The notes under the pieces: generated by a model
The model's input: the letters and a program-made list of their open reading frames with translations, nothing else
What the model was told of the DNA's origin: nothing
The model's database searches: none
Shown: positions 18,112-28,202 of the stretch, piece after piece
Layout: the number at the start of each line of letters is the position of its first letter
How positions within the stretch are numbered: the first letter of the stretch is position 1
Position numbers and translations under genes: made by a program
From: Patescibacteria group bacterium
Lineage (GTDB): Bacteria > Patescibacteriota > JABMPQ01 > JAQVVF01
NCBI GenBank assembly: GCA_028699085.1
Contig: JAQVVF010000005.1
Location: 79-64,078, forward strand
DNA: 64,000 bases
Direction: 5' to 3'

Positions 18112-19152
18112 ATGCAAGATTTACAACAATTGAAACAACAGGCCTTAAATGAAATACGAAACGCTAATTCGACATCAACAGTTGAACAAATTAGAATTAA
18201 ATTTTTAGGCCGAAAGTCTGGTTTAGTCACAAAAATAATTCAGACTTTGCCAAGTTTGAGCGTTGATCAAAAAAAGAGGCTCGGACCATTAGCCAATCAA
18301 GTCAAACATAATATTAATCAAGCTCTAAATAATAAAATCATCGCTTTAAAATCTCCTGATCATCAGACAGGCGAATTTTTTGATACGACCTTGCCAGGCA
18401 TTCGACCAGAAATAGGGCATTTGCATCCAATCACTTTAGTCTCTCGTGAAGTCGAAGAAATTTTTAAATCAATGGGCTTTCAAGTTCACGAAGGAAATGA
18501 GCTAACTGATTTGCATTATAATTTTTTAGCTTTGAATTTTCCAAAAGATCATCCTGCCATGGATAGTTACGACACTTTTTTTATCGAAAATAAAGAAAAA
18601 GATATCAAATTAGAAAACAAAAGAGTTATGCGCGCTCATACATCAAACATGCAAGTCAAAATAATGGAAAGCAAAAAACCGCCATTGCGCGTGATTGTTC
18701 CAGGCAGATGTTTTAGAAATGAATCAACTGATGCTTCACATGAACACACTTTTTATCAATGCGAAGGGTTCATTGTAGATGAAAAAATTTCTGTTGCAAA
18801 TTTAATTTATACTTTGAAAGAATTTTTAAAAGCTTATTTCAAAAAGGATGAAGTTAAAGTAAGACTTAGACCAGGCTATTTTCCATTTGTTGAGCCAGGA
18901 TTTGAATTAGATTTTGAATGTATGATTTGTGGGGGAAAAGGTTGTCCAGTCTGCAAACAAACTGGTTGGGTAGAGTTAATTCCTTGTGGTATGATTCAGC
19001 AAAATGTTTTTAAATCAGCAGGTTATCCAAAAAATAAATATACTGGATTTGCCTTTGGCATGGGTTTAACAAGACTTGCAATGATGAAATATGGAATTAC
19101 TGATATAAGACTTTTTATGTCCGGTGATTTAAGATTCAATAATCAATTTTAA
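18112..19152 (+). CDS. pheS: Phenylalanine-tRNA ligase alpha subunit
   Basis: GHLHP, HPA, RAHTS, FPFVEP, GFAFGMG. Confidence 0.97.
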   Translation: MQDLQQLKQQALNEIRNANSTSTVEQIRIKFLGRKSGLVTKIIQTLPSLSVDQKKRLGPLANQVKHNINQALNNKIIALKSPDHQTGEFFDTTLPGIRPEIGHLHPITLVSREVEEIFKSMGFQVHEGNELTDLHYNFLALNFPKDHPAMDSYDTFFIENKEKDIKLENKRVMRAHTSNMQVKIMESKKPPLRVIVPGRCFRNESTDASHEHTFYQCEGFIVDEKISVANLIYTLKEFLKAYFKKDEVKVRLRPGYFPFVEPGFELDFECMICGGKGCPVCKQTGWVELIPCGMIQQNVFKSAGYPKNKYTGFAFGMGLTRLAMMKYGITDIRLFMSGDLRFNNQF

Positions 19153-19154
19153 TT

Positions 19155-21488
19155 ATGAAAATATCTGTTAACTGGCTAAAAGATTACGTTAAAATTTCTG
19201 ATCCATACAAATCAGCAGAAAGCCTGACAATGGCAATAGCTGAAGTAGAGGATGTTGTAGATTTATCTAAAAAATTTGATGGCATTATTATTGGCGAGGT
19301 CAAAGAAAAAAAGAAGCATCCCAATGCGGATCGTTTGAATTTAGCCAAAGTAAATGTTGGCAAAGAAATTTTAGATATTGTTTGCGGCGCTTCCAATTTA
19401 GCGGTTAATCAAAAAATTGTTGTTGCAACTATAGGTACAAAATTACCAAATGGTTTAGTAATTAAGCCAGTTGCAATTAGAGGCGAAAAATCTTTTGGCA
19501 TGATCTGTTCTGAAGAAGAATTAGGCTTAGCTAAGAAATCAGAAGGCATTATGGTACTAGACAAGGGCGCAAAAGTTGGTGAAGAATTCAGCAAATACCT
19601 GAATTTAGATGATGTTATTTTTAATATTGATAACAAATCTCTGACTCATCGTTCTGATTTATTTTGCCATATTGGCATTGCTAGGGAAATTGCAGCAGCA
19701 GAATCAAAAAAAATATCATTGCCAAAACTTCCAAAAATTAAAAAAGTTGCTAATAAATTTTCAGTTGAAGTTAAGGACAAAAAACTTTGCCCAAGATATG
19801 AAGCAATAAAATTAGACAATATAAAAATAGAGGAATCTCCTCTGTGGATGCAAGCCAGATTAAATTCAGCAGGCATGAGGCCGATTAATAATATTGTTGA
19901 TATTACAAATTATGTGATGTTGGAATTCGGTCAGCCTTTGCACGCTTTTGATGCTGATAAAATTGGTAGCAAGATAATTGTTAGAAAGGCAAAAAAACAA
20001 GAAAACATAAAAACAATTGATGCTAAAATCAGGCAGTTAAGTGAGGAAATGTTAGTTATTGCAGATAGTAAAAAACCAGTTGCTATCGCTGGCGTAATGG
20101 GTGGTTTTGATTCTGAAGTTTCTAAAGATACAAAATCAATTATTCTAGAATCAGCTAATTTTTATGCTTATTCAATTAGGCAAACTGCCAGAAAATTAGG
20201 TTTGCATTCTGAAGCTGCCACTCGTTATGAAAAAAACATTGCGCCTGAACTAACAAATTATGCGCTACTTCGTGCCGTTCAATTATTTCAAGAAATCTGC
20301 AAAGCAAAAGTAGGAAGTATCGTCACCGACATTTATTCTGCTAGACAGAAAACAATTAAAATCAAATTAGATCCAGAAAAGTTTGCCGAATTTTTAGGTG
20401 AAAAAATTTCATTAACAAAAATTAAATCAATTTTGAAATCTTTAGAATTCAAAATCAGTGGTTCTAAAAATATAATTGTTGAAGTTCCATATTTTAGAAC
20501 TGATATCAATTATGAAGAGGATCTTTATGAGGAAATCGCTAGAATCTATGGCTACGACAATATCAAGCCACAGAGTTTGATTCAAAAATTAGAGCCAGTC
20601 TCAAGTTTAGCAGATTTAAAATTAGGAAATTCAGCTCGTGATATTTTAGCTGGTTTTGGTTTTTCTGAAAGCTATAATTATTCTTTTGTTTCTCAAAATT
20701 TATTACAGAAATCAGGATTTAATGTCACAGAAAATATCAAAGTCTTAAATCCGCAATCAAAAGATTTGCAATATTTAAGAACATCACTTTTGCCAGGTCT
20801 TCTAGATAATGTACGCTTAAATTCCAAAAGATTTGAAAGCATTAAGATCTTTGAAATTGGTCATGTTTATCAAGATTCAGAAAAAAAATATTTATCAGGA
20901 ATAATCTGCGGTAAAAAAGAAAAAATATTCTATAATCTAAAAGGAGTTTTGGAAGGCTTATTAATCAAATTAAATATTGCCTGTCAGTTTGTTCTATTGG
21001 AAAATACACCAAAATATTTAACTTCTGGCAAGTCAATTGAAATAAAGCAAGGATCGAAAATAATTGGCAAAATGGGATTAATAAATCAAAGCAATCTTGA
21101 TCAGATGGGAATCAAGAAAATAAAAGTTGCTTTTTTTGAATTAGACATTAATGAATTAGTTAGCGCCTCAAAAAAAGAAAAGAAATTTCAACAGATACCA
21201 AAATTTCCAGCGATAACGCAAGATTTAGCTTTTGTTTTAGACAAGACAATTCCAGCAGCAACATTAGAAAAAGAGATTTTAAAAATCGGCCAGCCATTAT
21301 TAATAAAAGCAAAATTATTTGATGTTTATACTGGCAAGCCTTTATTACCAAATGAAAGAAATCTAGCATATCATTTGATCTATCAAGATCCAAACAAAAC
21401 TTTGCAAGATCAAGAAGTCCAAACAATTCAGCAAAAGATCATTAATCAGATCAGTCAGAAATTTCAAGCCAAAATTAGAACGCACTAA
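19155..21488 (+). CDS. pheT: Phenylalanine-tRNA ligase beta subunit
   Basis: HPNADRL, IVCGA, GMICSEEELG, INNIVDITNYVMLE.GQPLHAFD, LRTSLLPGL. Confidence 0.97.
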   Translation: MKISVNWLKDYVKISDPYKSAESLTMAIAEVEDVVDLSKKFDGIIIGEVKEKKKHPNADRLNLAKVNVGKEILDIVCGASNLAVNQKIVVATIGTKLPNGLVIKPVAIRGEKSFGMICSEEELGLAKKSEGIMVLDKGAKVGEEFSKYLNLDDVIFNIDNKSLTHRSDLFCHIGIAREIAAAESKKISLPKLPKIKKVANKFSVEVKDKKLCPRYEAIKLDNIKIEESPLWMQARLNSAGMRPINNIVDITNYVMLEFGQPLHAFDADKIGSKIIVRKAKKQENIKTIDAKIRQLSEEMLVIADSKKPVAIAGVMGGFDSEVSKDTKSIILESANFYAYSIRQTARKLGLHSEAATRYEKNIAPELTNYALLRAVQLFQEICKAKVGSIVTDIYSARQKTIKIKLDPEKFAEFLGEKISLTKIKSILKSLEFKISGSKNIIVEVPYFRTDINYEEDLYEEIARIYGYDNIKPQSLIQKLEPVSSLADLKLGNSARDILAGFGFSESYNYSFVSQNLLQKSGFNVTENIKVLNPQSKDLQYLRTSLLPGLLDNVRLNSKRFESIKIFEIGHVYQDSEKKYLSGIICGKKEKIFYNLKGVLEGLLIKLNIACQFVLLENTPKYLTSGKSIEIKQGSKIIGKMGLINQSNLDQMGIKKIKVAFFELDINELVSASKKEKKFQQIPKFPAITQDLAFVLDKTIPAATLEKEILKIGQPLLIKAKLFDVYTGKPLLPNERNLAYHLIYQDPNKTLQDQEVQTIQQKIINQISQKFQAKIRTH

Positions 21489-21587
21489 TCGCGCGAATGG
21501 CTTTCCACGAATTACACAAATATTATTTTAATATAATTTAAACAAAAAAGATGGAATAGCCGTCTTTTTTTATTCGCGTGATTAGAG
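21483..21587. repeat. 9-mer-type imperfect palindrome enclosing pheT terminator
   Basis: cactaatcgcgcgaat ... attcgcgtgattagag, with the aaaaaagatggaatagccgtctttttt hairpin inside. Confidence 0.6.
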
Positions 21588-21649
21588 GCCTTAAGGCATT
21601 AGTGAGATTTATGAGATAAAAAAAGACCGAGGGTTAATCGGTCAAAGAT

Positions 21650-22981
21650 CTATTGTTCCAAAACCATTGAATTTGTTTCATCAGCTCCTCGATTAGACAT
21701 TGCCTGCAAGAAAATTCTCATTGCGAGAAGTTGCTTGCTAGGCGCCAGAGAGTTATAATAGGTCCGCCAAGCCATGCTTTGCTGATCAGTACCGCGAATT
21801 GAAGCGATCAATTCGATCTCTTCTCGCATTTCCTGTTGATTATCAAGCATCTGGCCGACAAACTTGTCTTTGCGCTCTTCAATCAAATCTTCAGCAATCA
21901 TGATCAAAACATCCAAAGCAACTTCATCAGAAGTGATGTACAAACAGAAGTCTCTGTTATCATTATAGATTGCAGAATCATCCAACTCTGGATAGCACGC
22001 CTGCAATCTTTTTTGAATTTCTGTTGTATCAAGATGTTCAGGTGTTTTGTAGTCATCATGGTAAATCACCAGCTGGATTCGCTCGCGGTGCTTCGTGATG
22101 ATACAATCGACCTGCTGCTTGCCATCGAGATAAGGTGGCTTGCCGAAAAAGATCCGAGCAGTCTGTCCGTTTACTCCGGAATCGCTGAAGTCATGGTAGT
22201 ACAGACGAACTCCAAAGAGGGTCTTGTATGTACCTTTTTTGGCTTCATTGAAGTTCCTGCCGAACATCAACCTCACAGACATGAAAGCATCCAAGCTATA
22301 GAACGCTGCGATTACCGCTTCAGCGAAATACGCATCGTCCTTCTTGGTACGCTCGCCGGTCTGCAAGTAGTTGAGTCCTCGGAGCAAATCAGCCAAACCA
22401 TAAAGATTGCGCATCTCGTATTCATTACGACCGTCAAACTCTTTGCCGTAATCTTTGGCATCGATGAATGCAGTCATAACCTTGAGATGCTCATACCTTG
22501 GACTTTCACGCAATCGATCTTCATGCATCCTGAAAACAATGCCAGTAGCAGAAAACCCATTGTCAACGTCGCCGTGATGATCATAGAAAAAAACTCGCTG
22601 TCCGACCTTAAACTTTTCTGGAGTCCAAGGATCAAGCTTCCGGCCAGTGTCAAAGTGGACAATCATCACGCGAGAGCGCTTGACGCCATTTTGCACTGGA
22701 TTCTCAGCGGTTTCATTTTCTTCGTTATCATCATCAGCCTTCTTTACTTCATCAGAAAAAGGAATCCAACGATCTTGATCAGTGTGAAAAAATCCATCCT
22801 GCAGATATTCTTCGCCATTCTTGACAAACAGCAAACGAATTCTTGCATCTTTCCAAGACAATCCAAATGCTTCACAAAACATATACATTGCACAAGAAAC
22901 ATCGCGGTCAGGCAACTGATGCCCAACAAAAAGGAGATAATCAAGATGCAAAAAATAAAACAAATCCTTCTTTGTCACCAT
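21650..22981 (-). CDS. Divergent DHH/MYG1-like phosphoesterase (SD-bearing orphan)
   Basis: GHQLPDRD, FDTG, YDHH, SATG motifs; start MVTKK after AAGGAGG; TTGACA-17-TAATAT promoter. Confidence 0.6.
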   Translation of the reverse strand: MVTKKDLFYFLHLDYLLFVGHQLPDRDVSCAMYMFCEAFGLSWKDARIRLLFVKNGEEYLQDGFFHTDQDRWIPFSDEVKKADDDNEENETAENPVQNGVKRSRVMIVHFDTGRKLDPWTPEKFKVGQRVFFYDHHGDVDNGFSATGIVFRMHEDRLRESPRYEHLKVMTAFIDAKDYGKEFDGRNEYEMRNLYGLADLLRGLNYLQTGERTKKDDAYFAEAVIAAFYSLDAFMSVRLMFGRNFNEAKKGTYKTLFGVRLYYHDFSDSGVNGQTARIFFGKPPYLDGKQQVDCIITKHRERIQLVIYHDDYKTPEHLDTTEIQKRLQACYPELDDSAIYNDNRDFCLYITSDEVALDVLIMIAEDLIEERKDKFVGQMLDNQQEMREEIELIASIRGTDQQSMAWRTYYNSLAPSKQLLAMRIFLQAMSNRGADETNSMVLEQ

Positions 22982-23194
22982 CGTGTCCTCCTTCGAAGTC
23001 AATAATTCAGAGTGCTTACTTGCACAGGTCAAAATATATTAGCATATCTTTTTTATTTTGTCAATCAATACGTTATAATATCCCTTAATTAAGCCAAAAC
23101 AGAATATCACATATCCCCAAATTTTCCTTGCAAAATCATCATTATTTGTTATACTAATATTGTTTAGAAAACTCTAATTTTATGTTTAAAAAAT

Positions 23195-25237
23195 ATGGCA
23201 ACTCAGAAAAAAGATAAAAAAGATACGAATTCATACGGTGCTTCTTCAATTGCTGTTCTAAAAGGTCTTGAACCTGTTCGCAAACGTCCTGGTATGTATA
23301 TTGGCGGAACGGGCATTGAAGGTCTTCATCATTTGATTTGGGAAGTTGTTGATAATTCCATCGATGAAGCCATGGCTGGTTATTGTAAAAATATTACTGT
23401 TACATTGCATGAAGGCAATAAAGTTACAGTCACTGACGATGGTCGCGGTATTCCAGTTGAAATCCACAAAGCAACTAAAAAATCAACGCTAGAAACTGTT
23501 TTAACTGTTTTGCATGCTGGTGGAAAATTTGGTGGTGGCGGTTATAAAGTTTCTGGCGGTTTACATGGTGTTGGTGTTTCTGTTGTTAATGCGTTGTCAC
23601 AATATTTAAAAGCTGAAGTTACAAGAGATGGTTATATCTGGGAGCAAGAATATAAAAGAGGAAAGGCGCAAGGTAAAGTCAAAAAAGCAAAGAAAGCAAA
23701 AGGCACAGGTACAGTAATTACTTTTGAGCCAGATCCAGAAATTTTTCCCAAAATAGAATTTGATTGGAAAACAATTGTTACCCATTTGCGTCAGCAAGCT
23801 TATTTAACCAAAGGGGTTAAAATTTCCATAACTGATAAAAGAAAAGGACATGAGTTAGTACCAAATATTCCACGTTCTTTGACTTTTTATTTTGAAGGCG
23901 GAATTTTATCTTATGTAAAGTTTTTGAATCGAACAGAAAAAGTTGTTCATTCAAATCCATTTTATATTGAAAAAGCAAAAGATGATGTTATGGTTGAAGT
24001 TGCATTACAATATACGGAAGAGATCAAGGGCATTGAGATGACATTTGCTAATAACATTTATACTCCAGAAGGCGGTACTCATCTTATGGGCTTTAGAACT
24101 GCTGTGACAAGAGTTATCAATGATTATGCTCGAAAGAATGGTTATCTTAAAGAAAAAGAAGATAATCTAACTGGCGATGACGTAAGAGAAGGACAGACAG
24201 CAGTTGTTTCATTAAAGCTTCCAGATCCTCAATTTGAAGGCCAGACAAAGGCAAAATTAGGTAACTCTGAAATAAGACCAATAGTAAGTTCAATCGTTTA
24301 TGAATATTTTTCACAATTTTTAGAAGAACATCCACAAGACGCGCGTCAAATTATTGCTAAAACTTTATTAGCTTGCAAAGCTAGATTAGCAGCTAAGGCA
24401 GCTAAAGAAACCGTTATTCGTAAAGGCATTATGGAAGGATTGACCTTGCCAGGAAAACTAGCTGATTGCTCATCTAGAAAGCCAGAAGAATCAGAATTAT
24501 ATATCGTCGAGGGTGACTCCGCTGGAGGTTCTGCAAAACAAGGACGTGATAGAAATTTTCAAGCCATTCTTCCTTTACGCGGTAAAATTTTAAATGTTGA
24601 AAGAGCTAGAATTGATAAGATGTTATCTTCCAAAGAAATCAAAGCTTTAATTATTGCCATGGGCATGGGAGTAGGGGAAGAAAAAGAAGTTGAAAAGATG
24701 CGTTATCACCGAATCATCATCATGACTGATGCTGATGTCGACGGCGCTCACATTAGAACATTGCTATTAACTTTTTTCTATCGTTATTATTCAGAAATTA
24801 TCGACAAGGGCTATCTATATATTGCCCAGCCGCCATTATATCGAATTGAAAAAAATAAAAAGGTCAACTATGCTTATACTGATCAAGATAAAGAAAGATT
24901 ATTAAGTCAATTTGAAAAAGAAATTAGCAAGAAACCTAAAAAAAGCAAAATTGAAAAAGTTGGATTTATTGTCAAAGAATTAGAAGATGCAGAAACAGCT
25001 GGTGAAGAAAAAATCGCTGGTGTTAGCATCCAACGTTACAAAGGCTTAGGCGAAATGAATCCAGAACAGCTTTGGGAAACAACAATGGATCCAAAAAATC
25101 GTGTTATGCTTCAAGTCAAAGTTGAAGATGCAGCCAAGGCTGATGAGACTTTTGATATTCTAATGGGCAATGAAGTCGAACCAAGAAAAAGGTTTATCCA
25201 GACACATGCAGTAAAGGTCAAAAATTTGGATATATAA
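23195..25237 (+). CDS. gyrB: DNA gyrase subunit B
   Basis: VRKRPGMYIG, EVVDNSIDE, LHAGGKF, EGDSAGG, PLRGK, DADVDG, QRYKGLGEM. Confidence 0.97.
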   Translation: MATQKKDKKDTNSYGASSIAVLKGLEPVRKRPGMYIGGTGIEGLHHLIWEVVDNSIDEAMAGYCKNITVTLHEGNKVTVTDDGRGIPVEIHKATKKSTLETVLTVLHAGGKFGGGGYKVSGGLHGVGVSVVNALSQYLKAEVTRDGYIWEQEYKRGKAQGKVKKAKKAKGTGTVITFEPDPEIFPKIEFDWKTIVTHLRQQAYLTKGVKISITDKRKGHELVPNIPRSLTFYFEGGILSYVKFLNRTEKVVHSNPFYIEKAKDDVMVEVALQYTEEIKGIEMTFANNIYTPEGGTHLMGFRTAVTRVINDYARKNGYLKEKEDNLTGDDVREGQTAVVSLKLPDPQFEGQTKAKLGNSEIRPIVSSIVYEYFSQFLEEHPQDARQIIAKTLLACKARLAAKAAKETVIRKGIMEGLTLPGKLADCSSRKPEESELYIVEGDSAGGSAKQGRDRNFQAILPLRGKILNVERARIDKMLSSKEIKALIIAMGMGVGEEKEVEKMRYHRIIIMTDADVDGAHIRTLLLTFFYRYYSEIIDKGYLYIAQPPLYRIEKNKKVNYAYTDQDKERLLSQFEKEISKKPKKSKIEKVGFIVKELEDAETAGEEKIAGVSIQRYKGLGEMNPEQLWETTMDPKNRVMLQVKVEDAAKADETFDILMGNEVEPRKRFIQTHAVKVKNLDI

Positions 25238-25282
25238 AAAAGAGACAAAGTCTCTTAGCATGGAATGAACATAATTAATTTT

Positions 25283-25465
25283 TTATTGTTTCGGTTTTTC
25301 TTTTTTCTGCGAAGGTGTTTCTTTATCGGACGGATTTACTAGATATGTTAATCCAGTTTTCGGATCACGCCGAGCTAAGCCAAGAGCGAATGCAATTACA
25401 AGCAGATCTTCAGCCTCTTGTTCTAAAAAAGTCATTGGCTTGACTTCGAGATCATTCTTAGCCAT
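25283..25465 (-). CDS. 60-aa hypothetical protein (SD-bearing orphan)
   Basis: AGGAGG 6 nt upstream of ATG (MAKNDLEVK...). Confidence 0.65.
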   Translation of the reverse strand: MAKNDLEVKPMTFLEQEAEDLLVIAFALGLARRDPKTGLTYLVNPSDKETPSQKKEKPKQ

Positions 25466-25593
25466 CTTGTTCCTCCTACTATTGCATAAGCATAGCATAG
25501 ACAAAACAAAAGCACTTGACAATATATTTTTAATAAATTATAATGGAACTAATAAATAGTGGTTCCAGCCGCTGTTTTTTAATAAAGAAACTT

Positions 25594-25791
25594 ATGAAGA
25601 TCAAAGAAATTTTTCCAAGAATTATTAATTATTTTAAAGAATCCAGAGAAGAATTAAAAAAAGTTGTTTGGCCAACTAGACAAGAATTATTTCGCCATAC
25701 TTTAATTGTGATTGGTGTTTCATTAGCAACTGCTGCATTTTTAGGAATCTTTGATTATGGTTTTTCTAAACTATTACAGTTATTTATTTAA
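25594..25791 (+). CDS. secE: Preprotein translocase subunit SecE
   Basis: ELKKVVWPT motif plus TM, upstream of nusG. Confidence 0.93.
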   Translation: MKIKEIFPRIINYFKESREELKKVVWPTRQELFRHTLIVIGVSLATAAFLGIFDYGFSKLLQLFI

Positions 25792-25820
25792 TTTTGATTT
25801 TTGAATTTTAATTAATATTT

Positions 25821-26366
25821 ATGCCAAAGCAAATTGGACCAAAAGAAAGACAATGGTATGTTTTGCACACATATTCTGGATACGAAGAGAATGTCTCAGA
25901 AAACTTAAAGCAAAGAATCGAGTCTATGAATATGCAGGACAAGATTTTTAATGTTTTAGTTCCAAAAGAAAAAAAGATCAAAATCAAGAATGGCAAAAGA
26001 AAAACAGTTGAAGAAAAAGTTTATCCAGGATATGTATTGGTTGAAATGATTGTAACAGACGAGTCATGGTATGTAGTTAGAAACACTCCTAACGTAACTG
26101 GTTTTATCGGTTCCGGAACAATTCCACTTCCTATTTCTGAAAAAGAATATGAATCATTGAAAAAGAGAATGGGAGTTGAAGAGCCAAAATTTAAAATTGA
26201 TGTTGCTGTTGGTGAGACAGTAAAAATTACTGATGGTCCATTCAAGGATTTTGATGGCAAGGTTAACAAAATTGACGAAGAAAAAGGAACAGTTAAAGTT
26301 CTTGTTAATATGTTTGGTCGTGAAACTCCAGTCGAATTAGATTTCTTGCAAATCAAGAAAATCTAA
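25821..26366 (+). CDS. nusG: Transcription termination/antitermination factor NusG
   Basis: WYVLHTYSGYE, YPGYVLVEM, VRNTPNVTGF, KOW, FGRETPVEL. Confidence 0.97.
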   Translation: MPKQIGPKERQWYVLHTYSGYEENVSENLKQRIESMNMQDKIFNVLVPKEKKIKIKNGKRKTVEEKVYPGYVLVEMIVTDESWYVVRNTPNVTGFIGSGTIPLPISEKEYESLKKRMGVEEPKFKIDVAVGETVKITDGPFKDFDGKVNKIDEEKGTVKVLVNMFGRETPVELDFLQIKKI

Positions 26367-26425
26367 TTTTAAAAATTATCATTTCTTGTTTTAGCTCGAA
26401 ATGACAGATAAATAAAAACAAAAAA

Positions 26426-26971
26426 ATGTTTTATCTAATTTTTCAAGCGCTTTATTTCATATTACCTGCTGGAATCGCTAACATGGCTCCAGTTTTTGCA
26501 AAAAAGATTAATTTCTTAAATATTCCTGTTGATTTCGGAAAAAGCTTTCGTGGTCAAAGAATTTTTGGTGATCACAAGACTTGGCGTGGATATTTTTCTG
26601 CAATTATAATTGGTGTGATCGTTTCTGGCATTCAAGCTTATCTATATTTCAGTTTTGAATTCTTTCAATCCTTGACAATCTTCCCATTTAGAGAGTATAA
26701 TTTTATACTCTTCGGTTTTTTGTCAGCATTAGGTGCGATGATCGGAGATACAGTTAAAAGTTTCTTTAAACGTCAAGCAAATGTGCAGCCAGGTCAAAAG
26801 TTTATTCCTTGGGATCAAATTGATTTTATTCTCGGTGCATTAATCTTTATTTCATTCTATTTTCGTCCAAACTGGCTAGTTTACGTAATCTTGTTGGTCC
26901 TTGTGCCGTTTCTCCATGTTTTAATTAATAGAATCGGATTCTGGCTAGGTATTCACAAGACAAAATGGTAG
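26426..26971 (+). CDS. CDP-archaeol synthase (CarS/DUF46) family cytidylyltransferase
   Basis: LPA..ANMAPV, P.DFG, R.FGDHKTWRG, GD..KSFFKR, P.DQ.DF. Confidence 0.85.
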   Translation: MFYLIFQALYFILPAGIANMAPVFAKKINFLNIPVDFGKSFRGQRIFGDHKTWRGYFSAIIIGVIVSGIQAYLYFSFEFFQSLTIFPFREYNFILFGFLSALGAMIGDTVKSFFKRQANVQPGQKFIPWDQIDFILGALIFISFYFRPNWLVYVILLVLVPFLHVLINRIGFWLGIHKTKW

Positions 26972-26976
26972 TTTCA

Positions 26977-27086
26977 AATTTAAAATGCAAAGATAAAAAT
27001 GCAAAATTACAATTTAAAATTAAAAATTTATTTAATTTTAAATTTTGCACTGTCATTTTACATTTTTATTTTTAAATTTTAATTTT
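26977..27086. repeat. Heptamer-based AT-rich imperfect palindrome
   Basis: aaatttaaaatgcaaagataaaaatgcaaaattac... mirrored by ...aattttgcactgtcattttacatttttatttttaaatttt. Confidence 0.65.
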
Positions 27087-27092
27087 ATTATT

Positions 27093-27515
27093 ATGGCTAA
27101 AATTAAGACAGTAATCAAATTACAAATTCCAGCTGCAAAAGCAAATCCAGCTCCTCCAATTGGTCCGGCATTAGGCCAACATGGTTTGAATATTCAGGAA
27201 TTTTGTACAAAATTTAACGCTGCAACAAAAGATAAAGCAGGCGATATTATTCCAGTAGAAATTACAGTTTTTGAAGATCGAACTTATGATTTTATTTTAA
27301 AAACTCCTCCAGCTGCTGAATTATTAAAAAAAGCTGCCAAGATTCAAAAGGGTTCCGGAACACCAAACAAGCAAAAAGTTGGAGTAGTCACAAAGGCACA
27401 ATTGCAAGAAATTGCAAAAGTAAAAATGCCTGATCTAAATACTGACGATGTAGAGCAAGCAATGAAGATCATCGAAGGTACAGCAAAAAATATGGGTTTG
27501 ACCATCAAAGGATAA
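27093..27515 (+). CDS. rplK: 50S ribosomal protein L11
   Basis: [34 protein letters not shown]; real start MAKIK. Confidence 0.97.
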   Translation: MAKIKTVIKLQIPAAKANPAPPIGPALGQHGLNIQEFCTKFNAATKDKAGDIIPVEITVFEDRTYDFILKTPPAAELLKKAAKIQKGSGTPNKQKVGVVTKAQLQEIAKVKMPDLNTDDVEQAMKIIEGTAKNMGLTIKG

Positions 27516-27524
27516 GAAAAATAA

Positions 27525-28112
27525 ATGTTTATAAGGGAAATAAAAAAGTATTCAGATAATATTTTACCGCTTAAGTTTTATAAATTCTTAGAGCGAATAG
27601 GGTTGTCTCCAAACAAGCTTACCCTTTTCGCTCTTTTTTTTAAAATTTCGGTCCTTTATTTTTTCTATAACGGGCAAATTGTTCTCGGAGGAATATTTAT
27701 TGCTTGCGATTATTTTTTTGATTATTTAGATGGCACAATGGCAAGAAGATTGGACAGAGTTACTCCATTTGGTACATATTATGATACAGTTCTAGACAGA
27801 TTTTTCAGAACTGCAGGTTGGCCACTCTCATTGGCATTTGGCAGTATAATAACTTTCAAAATTGCAGCTCTTCTTATTGCTTTCAATTTACTCTTGATTT
27901 TCTCTTCAAGTGTGGTAGAATCATATAAATTGCGTCACTTCCCATTTATGTTGAATGTTTTTTATCTCATACCGTATGGCGCATTATTAAATCAAGTCGA
28001 GCTAGCTGCAACATTAGAAGCAATAGTTGCATTTATACTGCTAATAACTAATACAATTACAATAATTGTTTTAAATTTTAGAAATAATAGTGGAAGTCCA
28101 GCACATAAATAG
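27525..28112 (+). CDS. CDP-alcohol phosphatidyltransferase family protein
   Basis: PN.LT and DYLDGTMARRLDRVTPFGTYYDTVLD signature. Confidence 0.9.
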   Translation: MFIREIKKYSDNILPLKFYKFLERIGLSPNKLTLFALFFKISVLYFFYNGQIVLGGIFIACDYFFDYLDGTMARRLDRVTPFGTYYDTVLDRFFRTAGWPLSLAFGSIITFKIAALLIAFNLLLIFSSSVVESYKLRHFPFMLNVFYLIPYGALLNQVELAATLEAIVAFILLITNTITIIVLNFRNNSGSPAHK

Positions 28113-28137
28113 TTATGTGCTGTGACGTTAAAACCAC
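28090..28137 (+). promoter_or_regulatory. Putative L1-binding mRNA leader upstream of rplA
   Basis: GTGG-aa-GTC[hairpin cagcacataa/ttatgtgctg]GAC-gttaaaa-CCAC asymmetric internal loop resembling L1 autoregulatory sites. Confidence 0.6.
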
Positions 28138-28202
28138 ACGCTTTAAGTTAATTAATTAATCTTTTAATAAAAGTTAATTAAGAAAGCTTAAAGCAAACTA
28201 TA

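Noticed and set aside
21836-23005. 389-aa antisense ORF as a real overlapping gene
   Set aside because: In exact codon register with the sense gene, non-ATG start, no motifs; explained by the sense gene's codon usage (same for 33826-34419)
24900-25030. Extra charged segment in GyrB as an intein
   Set aside because: Short, with no C/S...HN splice motifs; lies at the known variable insertion point before QRYKGLGEM
27045-27092. N-terminal extension of L11 in the ORF track
   Set aside because: Translates the palindromic repeat arm; the conserved protein begins at 27093
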